This document shows, piece by piece, positions 1-12,426 of a stretch of 64,000 nt of DNA (its first letter is position 1; each line of letters begins with the position of its first letter). The translations under genes and the position numbers were made by a program. Source of the stretch: Phoronis australis (lineage: Eukaryota; Animalia; Phoronida). The notes beneath the pieces were generated by a model. That model was given only the letters and a program-made list of their open reading frames with translations, did not search any database and was not told where the DNA came from. The stretch lies in NCBI GenBank assembly GCA_002633005.1, contig NMRA01000369.1, forward strand, positions 147,885 through 211,884. Direction: 5' to 3'.

Positions 1-278
1 TATACCATGCAAGTCTGACATATTTAACAGTTAAACCTGGGTCTGACCAAGTCTAAAGTTAAACATAGTTTAAGATCTTAATACAGGTCTAAAGGATATA
101 GACCTCGTTGGTGAAATGAAAACTGACTTAGACCAGGTCTAAACTGGAGTTAAACCAGGTTTTACAAGACCACTGGTCTAAAAGTTAAACCACATTTATG
201 AAATGCAGATTATCATTAAACCTGGTCTAAGTCCAGTTTAAACCAGGTGTAACTTTAAACCACCTTTATGAAATCGGC
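1..278. mobile_element. End of a non-autonomous DNA transposon/MITE (Harbinger-like), truncated by the window edge
   Basis: Iterated AAACC(T/A)GGT(C/T)TAA motifs, ending in TTTATGAAATCGGC. The other end is outside the window, so no TIR pair or TSD can be checked. Confidence 0.35.
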
Positions 279-929
279 TGAAGGTGACGTACATAACAGA
301 TACAGTGTATGTCGCATAGGTACATGTAGGTACGTGTAAACAGAAATATTGACACGTATAGACAGCAATACATACAGACAAGGAAACATCGGACTAAGGT
401 AATGTTAAATGTAAACCCATATAACCTGTGGTAAAAAATGCTAACATGGTGAGAATATACCATGGATAGGCTAGGAAGTGAACCAACAACAAGTATAATA
501 AGGACCGGAACAGGTGCCCGGGAGGGAGAATCCCGAAAAGTTAAATGGTTAAGAGGCGATGAAAAGTGGGCTGGGCATTGGCAGTGGCCGAAGATGAAAA
601 TGGAGAGTGAGTGAATCAGGACACTGGCAGTCAGGTGCCCTAGGGTGAAATATGGGCTTGAGTAAGAAGGGCACTGGCAATACAGTTGCCCATAAAAAGG
701 CAAATGTTGGAGAGCGACTCGGGACACTGCCGACACAGCAGCCCCTGAGATGAAGATGGGTGGTGAACTGACTATACAATTTCCCCTATAATGAAAGGGG
801 TTGGTGAGTGAGAGGCGGCACTGCCAATACAGTTGCCCAGTTGGTGGGAAAAGGTGTGATGAGGTTGAGCACTTGCAATTCAGCAGCTCATTGGCGACGA
901 AGGATAATGGTAACGAGTAAGTGGGAACG

Positions 930-1500
930 TCAGTAGCGGATGAGAGAGGGACGTAGTTCCTGAGAACGTCGGATCTCCAGCGACCCAAACGCTGAATGGT
1001 CGAGTAGATTTGGACGGTCAAAGCCGGAGGTGGCTGCGTCAATACGAAAACTATGGTGCGTTCAGGATCAAGACCGACGCACTCGAGTACCAAGTGAAGG
1101 CTGCGAGTGAAGTATGAGCGAGTTATAGGGGGGAATCATTGGGAAACTGGAGTGGTTGGAGAGATTGAGGTAGTGTTGACGGGTGGCAACAGGGCAATGA
1201 GTCTTTCTTAGGAATAAGCCTGGGACTGGAAGTGATGAAACTGTCAAACGGTGGGTATTGGTGGGGCCGGAGTAGCGGCCACAGTCTACCTCATGCTGAA
1301 TTTTTTGCTCGGTAACAGCAGAGTTGTGGACAGCCGAGGGATGGTTATGAGGACGTGGGAGGGAAACGTTGAGGAAAGGCCGATATGAAAACCTAAAGTG
1401 AAACCGTGGATGATGCGGATGGTAAGGGAGGATGGGTAATCAATAAGATATGGTTCAAGTTTGTTTATTTTAGGGTTGTGAGATTGGAGGATATCCCGCC
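930..1500 (-). mobile_element. Degenerate, internally deleted DIRS/Ngaro-type tyrosine-recombinase retrotransposon
   Basis: Minus-strand translation with frameshifts gives the pre-RT region (KINKLEPYLIDYP..IIHGFTLGFHIG..NHPSA..EVDCGRYSGP..PPFDSFITSS.RLIPKK). This joins directly to the YR C-terminus (ITRSYFTRSL..GLDP..HSFRIDAAT..IQRLGRWRSD..Y). Confidence 0.75.
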
Positions 1501-3039
1501 GGTTTTCAGAGTTCCATATTGTCGGTTTCCTAAGGAACACGGGTAGTTGAGCGAAGTTGTCGAAACTGCTGATCGAAGAACATGGCTTGGGGAAAACCGA
1601 AATGATGATTGATGGAGGGTATGGTGCAGCAAAGCTTTGCGAGATGAGGTGCTTGATGTGCATGACGAGTGATGTAGATGGCTAATTGACTGAAAAATAT
1701 AAAATTGGAGAAAATTATGGACGATGGCACAGTGTTGCGACGACACAAAGAAATCACGTGGTGCAATTAAACCAATAGAGGGAGATGACCCCAGAATCCA
1801 AACAATATGATAATAAGGACGAAGCAGTATAACTTACACAAAATAATTTAATTGTTAAATAATATAATTAAACTGCAGAGGAAAATTCTAAGTAACAAAG
1901 TCGGAGACTAAACGTATCTATGATGAATCTGTTACGTTTCAGAATTTAATGAAGTTGTAAAGTCATCCTGTTATTTCCGGGCGCGCGGGAGGTCTACAGT
2001 TTTGTTACGGTTTATTTACGGAAGTACATTTATCCTACTGTTGATACGAGGCGGGAATTTGTCGAGCTCTTAAACTTAGAAATTCACTATCAGATGAGGC
2101 ACACTTTCCGCTTTATTTTCATTAAAAACGACTGAAATGAATGTAATTAGCCAGAACCCTGATGATGTTCTTTTTGTAATGTAACTGTTTCAATTTCTGG
2201 TGGTGTACCGACTAAATGGCAACTACAGGTGAATGATAACTTAAAGAAAAAGTCAGTACATGCAAAACTGTACCTACACCATATCATTAAATAATATCTC
2301 CCTCCAAACGTGAATTGTCTAATTTCGTGAAAAGTGTGCCTAGTTTAGAAAATATTTTCAATATCAAGAATATCACACTAAAAGTCTTACATTTTTCGCG
2401 GTGGGCTATCACTCAATAAGACATTCTGCTTCAATATTTGTTTGACATTTGATTTTCTAGACATATTAGTGCAAATAGTTGTTTGTTATTTCGCCATTCC
2501 TTGTGTTGAAGATAAGTTAAACGTGTGTTGAAGGTTTCTTCTTTCAGGGTAGTACATACAGACATTGAAAGACTTGGAGAAGAGGCGGATATTCAAACTG
2601 ATGTAAATTTTCGTGAACATTTTGAAAGAAACATTTTACATAAAGTACAAAGTAACTACTACAAAGCGTTAACTAAAGGCAGCAAAATGTCCACGCCTTC
2701 AATCACTTGTCAACGGAGTCTTCTCTATTGTCATCCTGTAAATAATAAAATTCACACCTTCAGGTTCAGACGAAAGTACATGTACTGCTTTCCGAAACTT
2801 ATGTATTCACGGGTAGTGAACAGAAATAGTTGCATCGGACCTTTAATACAATCTAGGTTAATCACTCAAAACTGCTATCACTGTAGTTCATTCAAAAAGT
2901 TTGCACCTGTTTTAAAAATGCGAGACCAAACCTAGCGTCCCAGGCCGTCGTACCGGAACGGACATATTCATACATAGGTTATTTTCTCTCCGGCACAGCA
3001 CGTTTAAGCGCTATTAAAATAGCTACTTACAGGAACCTG

Positions 3040-4200
3040 ATCAGTCTGTACAAACAGGGAGTTGCCGTTTCCCATCTGCATTCCTCCCACGGTTGTAATC
3101 AAGCCATTTACATGTACGATGGTGACATGGCTGTGGTTACCTTGCGAAATGTAGACCAGCGCGCCGCCTGGCTCTTGTTGCGTCTGAAAACAGACAATAA
3201 CGCCTTTGTGACTTTGAACAGTGACCAACTTCGATGCAGAACTTTTTAAGAAGGAGAGAGATTATGCTGGACACATACAAGTGCCGGTCTTTGAACATAA
3301 GGGATCGACAGAAGCCACGAAGTTTTCAGAAAAGAGTATTAATTCATGACATTTTAGAAAAATTAACCAAGAACCAGGAATCCATCCACTGTCTAGTTAA
3401 ACACGATAGTAACAGAACGTGTCCCTTCCACGAAACTGTGCAGACACAATGATGAACAATAATATCCAAACCACGGAGCAGTGCAGAAGCACTGATAAAA
3501 GATCATGTCCCTTCTACGAAACACTGGGCCATGAATAGAAGAGCCGGTTGAATAAAATCTGCATTAGATATCCTTAGTCTACTACGTTATGCACTAAATA
3601 TCTTCTACTACTATACAGATGTTATGGATCCTTCAGTGGCCGGCCGCGGCTTGCATTTGAATGCTGAGAGCTAGGATATTCCAAAAATAACGAATAAATA
3701 AAAAAATGCCACTGCATATAGGTTACCGAACCCTGGTGACGAAACAGAGCAAGTTTAGATCGCGTGTCATTATGTGACCTGAACGCCGGCAAACTAACCT
3801 GTCCCCGGGTACCATGATGCAGATATACGGCATGTGGTCCCACTTTCATAATGGGACACAGCCACCCCATTCGAGCAACAAGAAGTTCTTCAAAAAGCAG
3901 GCAACTAATAGCGAATCTACCGTGAAAATACATTGTTATGAAGCCCAAGCGTCGGGGGAAAACCTGATGCGGGGGGACTGCATGATATGTNNNNNNGGGT
4001 AACTGGTGACCGGCGACCGGACGAACGAGAAAACTGATCCCAACTGCGGTTATAAGATGGATCATACAGTGTTACAGTGTCGTTTTCTTACTTGGTCATC
4101 AGGTGTGCTTCCTCCAAAACACAGTTGCGAAAGGAGAAACTTCGATAAGCTATGGAGCCTGTGTGCGAGATTGGTCAAGTGCTCCTCGCCGAGCCCACAC
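3040..4200 (+). mobile_element. Possible highly degraded L1/Tx1-type LINE ORF2 3' part
   Basis: Broken-frame fragments PPTVVIKPF..VTWLW, L.IRD..K.RSF and DCMIC..HTVLQC resemble post-RT and CCHC zinc-knuckle motifs of non-LTR elements. Weak. Confidence 0.3.
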
Positions 4201-6804
4201 GCTGGAAAGAAACAGGGTAACTGGAAATGATGCCTTCAGAGATGCTACTACAATGAAGGATCTTACGCTTATATATTCATATTGTTTGTTTCTATTTTCA
4301 GAGAACGGAATCAACGGATCAACAGCCTTGATGTCAGGGTAGTTTACGCTTTTCCTTAGCTAGACTGGGGTATTCCGTCACTAGCGATCGGCGGATATGG
4401 GCGACAGAAGATTTTGAAGTATTACCCTAGCGTAGTAATCAATTTATTTCAGATAATAAGGCCACTTGTCATATTACGAAGCATAACATAAGCAATTACG
4501 TACACATGCCCACGCGTTGTAGGTTTTGACAGTAGATTCGCGCCTAGCTTTCTTCAGATTTTAATAAATATTTACAGAGATTTCTTAACTCAACTCTTTT
4601 ACACTGTTTGTTTTCATTCTATTCGCAAAAGTGCCATCGACTGAATAGAAGGTAAATATTTTTGGCGAAGATCGTTATAGAAAGGACATACTAATAAAAA
4701 TTAATTTCACTTTCAACAACATTTTTAAGTCACCGTTTGCACGTCCTTTGTGAACGTACAGTGTTTGTTCTTCTACCTGTTATTGACAAAACTGAATTGA
4801 GTTCATCTGAATCTGGCCAATTTAAAGTAAAATACTTAGTAAAGAAAATGTCAGCCTACGATTTGTTATGCAATTTCTCGTTATTTTTGACCTTGAAGAC
4901 ACTTTTGCTCCATAAATGACACTTTGTGATATCTCTAAGAAGCCCCACGAGCACGAGTATTTGCGTATTATAATACATTTGATCAATGATAATGGAAATA
5001 GTCAACAAGTCAAGACATATTACGCATTTTTTTGTTGAAAATTAGTTAAAATATATTCTGCGTTGGCCGCATTCAATGAAATAACTGGGACTACGCTGCT
5101 TACTGTCATAATGTGACAGATCATACGCGGATTTAGGAGGGGGCATTATGTAAACGATCAAAAAAGAAAACATCCTTTGGCATGTCGTTTTTTGTGCTTC
5201 AGACATTATTTCTTCCAAAATTCTGATTGTCTCCTCAATCCTAAATAAGTGAATTAAAACTTTCCGAAGCCAAATAGTTAGAAAAAGCACCAGATTTAGT
5301 CCGCTCACATTATATCAATTTATTTTACTCAGTGTTTTTGATTGTCATCCAAGCCTATATAATTGCCCTCCTCCAAACAACAGGGTCTTGGATCTGGCAG
5401 ATTTCCTGGTAAACACGCCGCTTGATGACTGCCGCTCTTCTCCATGATGACGTTCAAAGTACCCGGCGTGAGGCTATGATTCTAATGACTTGAAATTTTG
5501 TTGTTTTTTGGCTAAAAGGGAACAAATTATCATATAAAAATCTCTCTTTTGTGTAGGCTCATAATTTTTAAAACCCGGACTATTTGATGTGTGACATCCG
5601 TTTTTCAAAGTTGGGGACCAAACGACAACCGGTCAAACGGCTTCACCGGCCGGCGTTACCCTTTGGCCCATGATTGCAAATCATGACCCCCCATGAGAGG
5701 CCACCACACAGTCGATCAGTATCGATAGTGTAGTAGTCCATAGGGGCTGTGCAGGAATAATTGGTGAGTAAAGTTTCGAAAAATTCAATCGCCGTTTGCA
5801 AACAGCATCCATAACATTGCCAACGAGCGCCCGTGAGAGTCCTACGTATACTACACAATCGGTATTGATAGAGAAGAGGTTAGGAGTCTGTACATGTATG
5901 TGTTTGTGCCCGACTTTCGGAACAATCCGCCGGGGCCAAACTTTCAGAAAACATATATATATACTTGGTCTGCTGAGTTTGTTTTGTTCTGAGCTTATGT
6001 CGCTAAACGAACAGCATTGTCGATAAGACCGATCATACATAATCTTAAGTCACACTGCACAAAAAGACTTCGCCAGATTTCTGTTAAGAGTGGTCAAACC
6101 GGAGTAAAATAAACCCGTCACAGTGGTGACGCCGCTCCGCGTCCCCATGACTGAGTTCCCCATCAAAGTAAAAAGTTGGTCGATCTCGTTATGTTAATCT
6201 TCCACAGATGAAGCAGGCGTGATGCTTGTTCATTATTTTAGAAAAATAACAAAGAACTAAGAAAATAACAAAGAAAATCTATGATATTTTTTTTTTAAAT
6301 CGGACGCGGAGGCCCGGCGACGTGGAATCCATTGTAAAACAAAATTGTCCATGACGCGGTGAATCCATAAGAGATATTCTGTTCATGGTCGGTTACGTAT
6401 GATAATTGATGCACACAGATTCAGGTCTGTGGCCCAATTTGGAGGACCTATGGAAGGCTATGTTAGTTTTTCGGCTCAGCTGTTTCGCTCATCATTTAAG
6501 AGGTCAGTGGCTCAGTTATCCCGCCAGTTGATCAAATGAATCCTTCAATGAAATTATGCTCCATTGATAAGGGGTGTGCCCCTAAAATTATCCCTGGGCC
6601 TTCAAACGAAAATCCATCCTCAAACATTTTTTCTTATAGTGACCTCAGATATATAATATAGTCTGTCTGAGTAGTGACAAATGCAGCATGCCAACCTACC
6701 TAGTGGCTACCGCGCCCACGTCCGTCGGCGGAACATGGCAACACTAGCATCGCCAGTTAAGCTTTTCTCGTTTGGCGATAGGTAGCGCTGGTGTAGAAAC
6801 TTGA

Positions 6805-6842
6805 GCATGCGCACCTGATCTATTTATGGCGGAAAGTTTAAA
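6805..6842 (+). promoter_or_regulatory. Promoter with NRF1-like site and a CDE/CHR (DREAM/MMB) cell-cycle element
   Basis: GCATGCGCA at 6805-6813. TGGCGG-aaag-TTTAAA at 6827-6842 is a CDE, 4-nt spacer and CHR variant, ~70 bp upstream of the ATG. Confidence 0.55.
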
Positions 6843-6909
6843 CGTTAGTCTTTTCTGAGTGGAAAAGGGTTGTTAATTATGTCACTAAAACGCAGTGGAA
6901 AATTTAGAA

Positions 6910-6936
6910 ATGTCTCTCAGAAACCCCAATACTCAG
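6910..6936 (+). CDS. CDCA5: Sororin-like gene exon 1 (MSLRNPNTQ)
   Basis: aaATG followed by a consensus donor CAG|GTGAGT, phase 0, in frame with exons 2-3. An alternative start at 6879 in another frame is also possible. Confidence 0.5.
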
Positions 6937-7196
6937 GTGAGTCTCAGGCCATGTTTACTTTCGATGAAAAAAGAATTAGAAACATTATCAGCAATCGTCA
7001 GGCCATGTCTTGTCTTGCGATTGTTTGGCGCAGCACCGTCTTGTGACGTAGTAATCTAGGGGTAGAGGTCCATATAATTAAACGATCTGATCTCCAGCAG
7101 TGGTCATATCACAGATGAGTGGAGCACATACAAGCAGTGTCTGTGGACAATTGTGATACACAGAATGGAGGATTTCGGAGCACAATAAATTTTAGA

Positions 7197-7245
7197 CAAT
7201 GACCATCGCCTCTGTTGGCCGGGCCAACAGAGGCGATGGTCATTG
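7197..7245. repeat. Perfect palindrome, 24-bp arms with 1-nt centre
   Basis: CAATGACCATCGCCTCTGTTGGCC-G-GGCCAACAGAGGCGATGGTCATTG. Extends to 7191-7251 with one mismatch. Confidence 0.95.
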
Positions 7246-7380
7246 CCTAAATAAATTTAGGATCCGGTTCAGGGTCAGTGGGGACAGTTCATAGCATTAA
7301 TATGGCACAGGTGCATTAATAATGATACGAAGCATGATGTCTTACTGTTGTCTGTCTCCAGTCCAGTCTGAGACTCTCAT

Positions 7381-9441
7381 AATTGACCTATCGCCAGGAT
7401 TATGACTGACGGCTTAATTGACCAATCAGAACGCAGCATTCTTGGTACACCTTCGTCTGCGTTTCCAAGCCGCCATTTTACCCGACAAACCACACGTAGT
7501 CGAGTAAAACTTACTTTAGTTTATAGCTCAAGAAATTGTCCGCTAAGAATGGGGAAACGATGTTGATATGGCGTGTGTAGCACCAACAGCCATTATGCTG
7601 CTCCAGAATAATATCCCGTCATTTTTTGGCATCTCCTAAGCCGAAAAATGATGTTGAAAAGCATAAACTATGGATCAAACTGTACGGCCACACAAGCAGC
7701 TGAACTTATAGCGATATGTTGCTTGATAACTCGAAGGCTATAATAAACACAAATATATTAGTTCCAAGATACGCACTTTTCAGCTTGGTGGCTATGGTGC
7801 AGGTCTATCTCAGATTTTGACTCCCGAGTTTCCTACGTCTGGCCGTCTTTGTCTCTGCACATGCTGGATCTCGGCACACTAGCGGTGGTTCTCGGAAATT
7901 GTTGTTTCCAAGGACATTTTTATTTTATGTTTTTTTTTATTTATTTCAACCTAATTGAAATTATTTTGTTTCGTATCAGAGGTACATTTTTGTTATTCAA
8001 AAACCGTAGGCTGGCGTTCAACTGAACTTCTCTCCCAGTCAAAATTCAGAGATTCGATCGGCACAGGGAAGGGCACTGGATTACTGCCGCAACTCAAAGC
8101 CTTGGTCGAGCTGTTGTCACTAAAAGTAAACTATTGAATTACTTTTTGACGTGTACCTCTAATATACAGTATGTCTGTAGAGTTAGAGAGAGATCATTTT
8201 GAAGTTGTTCAAACATGATATTTAGATTTATGAAGCTTTAAAAAAGAATTTGAGTTATTTTTGTAAATACCATATTTTTGCAACTACCACACCAGACTTG
8301 TAATCTCTTGTAACCATACCACGACTTAGTGATCATGCTACCTTCAAAATTGAATGAAAGCTACCTTTATGGAATGAAACTACAAAAAAATGCCAAGTTC
8401 CTTAATGGTGCAAACGGACAATTCCATAGGCGGATTTAGGGGGGCAGGGGCCCCAGCCCCCCCTCCCCTTGGCTACCGCAAGCAAAATGAAACAGCAAGA
8501 GCGTGAAGCGTGAGGAAATATTGAGTTCAGTAACTAGGACCGGTAGCGGAAGAGGGGGGCTCAGACTCCAGATCACAGCGGAATCGTGTTCCTGTTTTTT
8601 TTTAGTTCATCGATAGATATTTTCTGAACAGAAGGTCCAACGGTCTACATCCCTGGCCCCTGCAACTTTCTGGCCGCCTGTGCACATAGAATCGCACTTT
8701 GCCCAATTCCACGAGGCAACATATGTTGGGCCCCCCTGTGCCGGGTATCCTAGATCCGCCACTGAATTCCAGACATTAATTTGACTTAGACACAGCGCTA
8801 GACCTACCGGAGCTAACTGCTTGCCTAGGACGAGATGAGTGTGTACCTGAGCTATGAACCTGAATTTTTTGATCAAAATATTTCATTACAAGATTAGAAA
8901 AGCGTAAACAGTGCTATAGAGTCGACCTAGTCAGAAACTAGTGCATGTGTTGTCTGTAATCTATGACTTACTTTACTCCAGGAGTCCCACCAGTTGTGAC
9001 CTACTTTTCATTTGGCGAAATTTAGCAGACGACAGAATAAAAATATCGGTGAATCTTCACTGGTTTTATTCGAAAGATCATGAAATATATGGAATTGTAC
9101 AGATAATTCGACTTTAAGGTACATAGCCAGTATCAGTGGCCTTGTCATTTGTCTGGTGAAGGTGGTCTCGAGGCCGAGAGGTTCTTCGGATTTTCGCTGG
9201 CTCCTTGAGCACTTATTTCTTCATCGTCACCTTTACAAATTCCCATATCATGAATGTAAGATTCTCTGCTGAAAAGCATCGCCTCTTGTCTCTGTCGAAG
9301 CGTTTTCAAATAGTGCAAAAACACTAATCGATTCCACCAGGAACGTCGTTTAGCGACAGTGTATTTGCCTCTTACATCTCGTTCGATTGCCGGGTATCAC
9401 GTGACTTTTCGCATAGGGGCGGAGCTTGCGATAGGTCAATT
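7381..9441 (+). mobile_element. Internally deleted ISL2EU-like (Harbinger-related) DNA transposon with THAP remnant
   Basis: 14-bp inverted ends AATTGACCTATCGC (7381-7394) and GCGATAGGTCAATT (9428-9441). Disrupted THAP domain from 7549 (MGKRC*YGVC..PKPKNDVEKHKLWIKL..HKYISSK). Remnant of a convergent second ORF near 9130-9300 (FSRESYIHD, SQRKSEEP). Confidence 0.65.
8425..8764 (+). mobile_element. hAT-like MITE (short form) with 5-bp TSD, nested in the ISL2EU-like element
   Basis: Ends CATAGGCGGATTTAGG and CCTAGATCCGCCACTG, flanked by AATTC on both sides. Aligns along its length with 45270-45611. Confidence 0.85.
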
Positions 9442-11558
9442 GGGGCATTAGGCCTTTGCATACATGCATAGCCTACGTATTTTTTATACTCAAAAGCTAC
9501 AATAACAGTGACCATTAACCCATGACTAGTTGAATGCCCAGAAAGAGTTGCATTTAAATAATTACAGTATTTACAGTGACTATGAATTTTACCGGGTAAT
9601 GATATTTACAAAAGTATTGTATATAACTTTTTAATATAAGTCATTGCCACGGCATTGGGTCATTGTGAATGGTAACTATACCAGTGAAAAATATAGTGGG
9701 AGCAGGGGGTGAAGTTTACTCATTCTAACTTATAAGAACATATTAATTTATGTACAGCTGAGTATCCGGTTTTAGTTTTCGTATTTTAAACCGGACGCTC
9801 TGCTGTAGAAAAGTTTACTAAAGAAAAAAGAAACTGGTCAATAGATGACGCAGCAGAATAACGCGGTAGAACGCCAATATTTCTAACGCTGATAGTTATT
9901 GCCCCAGGATTTTTGTTTGAAATCCCTCTACGTTGTTGTCACCTACAAGGAGAGCTTTTTTCTGTGGTACAGGACTCACATACGTAAATTACCAGTATAA
10001 CAATACATGTAAGTGTCCAACTCAAGGTTGACTTGTACTGGCCTTGATATTTGTAACATCAGTCTACCTATGTACCTTTTTAGAGAGTTCAAGTGAAGAT
10101 TCAGGTAGCAGAAGGAATCGCAAAGCAACGGTAAGCTCCCATGTCTTATTTTGTATCCTCCCATCGAGGTGTATAACACAGAAAGTTTTGTGACTGTGTA
10201 TTTGTTTTACGGCATTTCCATAATGATACTATCATAGCAGTTGAATTAGCTGTGCATTTATTCATTCTGACTTGATGACGTGTTTTGTTATGTGTGCTTT
10301 CATTGATTGGCGTGTGCCAAAGTGAAGCATGGAGTCCTTTACACATGCTGTCCAAGTTTTATAGATCTGAAAAAAGTCTGAAAAAGATTTGCATGTCAGT
10401 TGCTACAGACATCAATTTCTCTGAAATTTATTTCAAAGTTTGTGGTGGCTTGCAAACTTTAAAATTACTTAGTTTTCCTAGTTTATATACATTTGGTCCA
10501 CAATCGTTCCGTTTATTTCGTGAAATGAGTGCATTTGCCAACCTCAGCAGTCAGCACACATCAAACGCACTTAAACTACAACAGGAAGTAAATAGCTATG
10601 CAAGTCAGAATTGTTTGGCAAAAATCGCAAAAGATCGAACCATCAAACTCTTGCCTCCATTGTATGCGATCATCAGCATTCTTTGTTGGCAGGAGGCACG
10701 CGAACGATTTTGTCGTTAGATTTGACGACTTCAGATTTTTTTGCCATGTCACAGGTCATGACAACTTAGTGTCAATCTAAGCGTCTAGCACTGAATAAAT
10801 ATTCATCGATCATCTGATCTGCCTTCATATCATCAGCCCTCTGTCAGACAAAAGATCTGCCTTCTTACCATGAGAATGCTACATTCCAATAATAACTGGT
10901 GGTTAGGCAACTTTAGCTCTGTTTGCCCATGGTGATCCAGGTGAAAGGCCAGAATAGTAGAATTATACATGCTAATTGCTCATAAGATGGCTGGCTGATA
11001 TGATAGAAAGCCCTCATGAATGTTAGTTTTAAGCAGATTAGCTACTTTCTGATCACTCATCCTGCCTGCCACCGTGTAAAAACTCCACTTCTGAATGTGG
11101 TACAGTAGCGGAGCTAAATGTCATACTCTCGGTTTTGATGTAAATTATGATAAGCAGGATATTCCATTAAAGGGTGTTCCAACTTGGCCACACTACAGTA
11201 TGGCTTCAACAGGCTCAGCCATGCACCCTGTAAGGAAAATTTGTGAAACAAGGTGGACATCTTGTTGAATAACTTCACATAATGTGTATAACCCTGCACT
11301 GGAAAACCAGCGCTAACAGTTAGCACTCAGTAGTACAGGTTAATGCCATGACATGAGCAGTAATGGGATGAGAACACACCATGCTTCTTATCTTGTGAAA
11401 GATCTGTTGCTGACGAGACCTACTGTCAGGTTGTGTCTTTGCAAAGTAGGTTAATTCCTGTTGTTTAAGACTTGTGTGACTGCTTTAGATTTTTGCAGTA
11501 ATTGAAGATTATTATCGTTATTTACTGCATTTTTACCATCTGTATTCTGCATTTTTAG

Positions 11559-11591
11559 AAAAGGAAGCGAGACAAGAAAGTTTCAGGAAAG
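11559..11591 (+). CDS. CDCA5: Sororin-like gene exon 2 (KRKRDKKVSGK)
   Basis: Acceptor tgcatttttAG and donor AAG|GTATGT; 33 nt, frame-preserving. Confidence 0.55.
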
Positions 11592-12426
11592 GTATGTTTT
11601 GCTTAAAAAACTGGTGTGACGGTTAGTTAGTTATCACATGCAGTGAAGTGGGTGCTCAAAATGTGTGTATGCAGTTTTACATGAAAAATAGTTCCTTTGC
11701 ACACAATTGGGACTGTATAAACAAATTCAAGTTGTCATGGTGGTGTTGTGTTTTCATACATCCTATTACCTTCAACACTTTGATGTTAGTAGGTAAGTAA
11801 TAAGATAAGAAAAGACAAGTAGACGCTGTATGAAGTTTGAGAGCACACTCCGCAGTACGTTCGTTAGCACCATTACCAATACCTTACGTGAGACCTTAGA
11901 AAACTTCCGAGCTTCACTTACTTTGCAATCTTTTATCTCAGTGATCGGTGGTCAGATTTAAATGAAGATTTCGGATACTGTGTTTGATGCACTGTTTTCC
12001 AAATCTGCGTTAGTGTTTGTTTTTAAAGTGTTCCTTTTTTCCATGGGGGATATAACAAATTGGGACTTTAAAGGTGATGAAAACCATAACAATGTCGAGG
12101 TCTTGAGCATTTTATATGAAACGAGTTATGTTATTGAGATACCATTGTTTTGTTATGAACGTACCTTTCATTTTTTGATGAATTTGAATAAGAAAACATG
12201 GCCATGTGATCCAGTTTATGGTATAAAATAAATACATGATTTCTGCTTTCAGACAGTCTATAAATTTGCTTAGATAAAGTCTTTGGGTTTGTAGATATTT
12301 GGATGAATGCTGAGGCTTGTCAATTGGTTACCCAAAACTATGATACTCGCCTGTCTCGTTATCTTTTTATTTATTAATTCATTTGCTTTGTGTGGTAGTG
12401 ACGTATTACACACTTGGTATCAATAG

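Noticed and set aside
266-1093. 275-aa minus-strand ORF as a host gene
   Set aside because: Only the first ~50 aa resemble a frameshifted tyrosine recombinase tail. The rest is read-through of repetitive terminal sequence.
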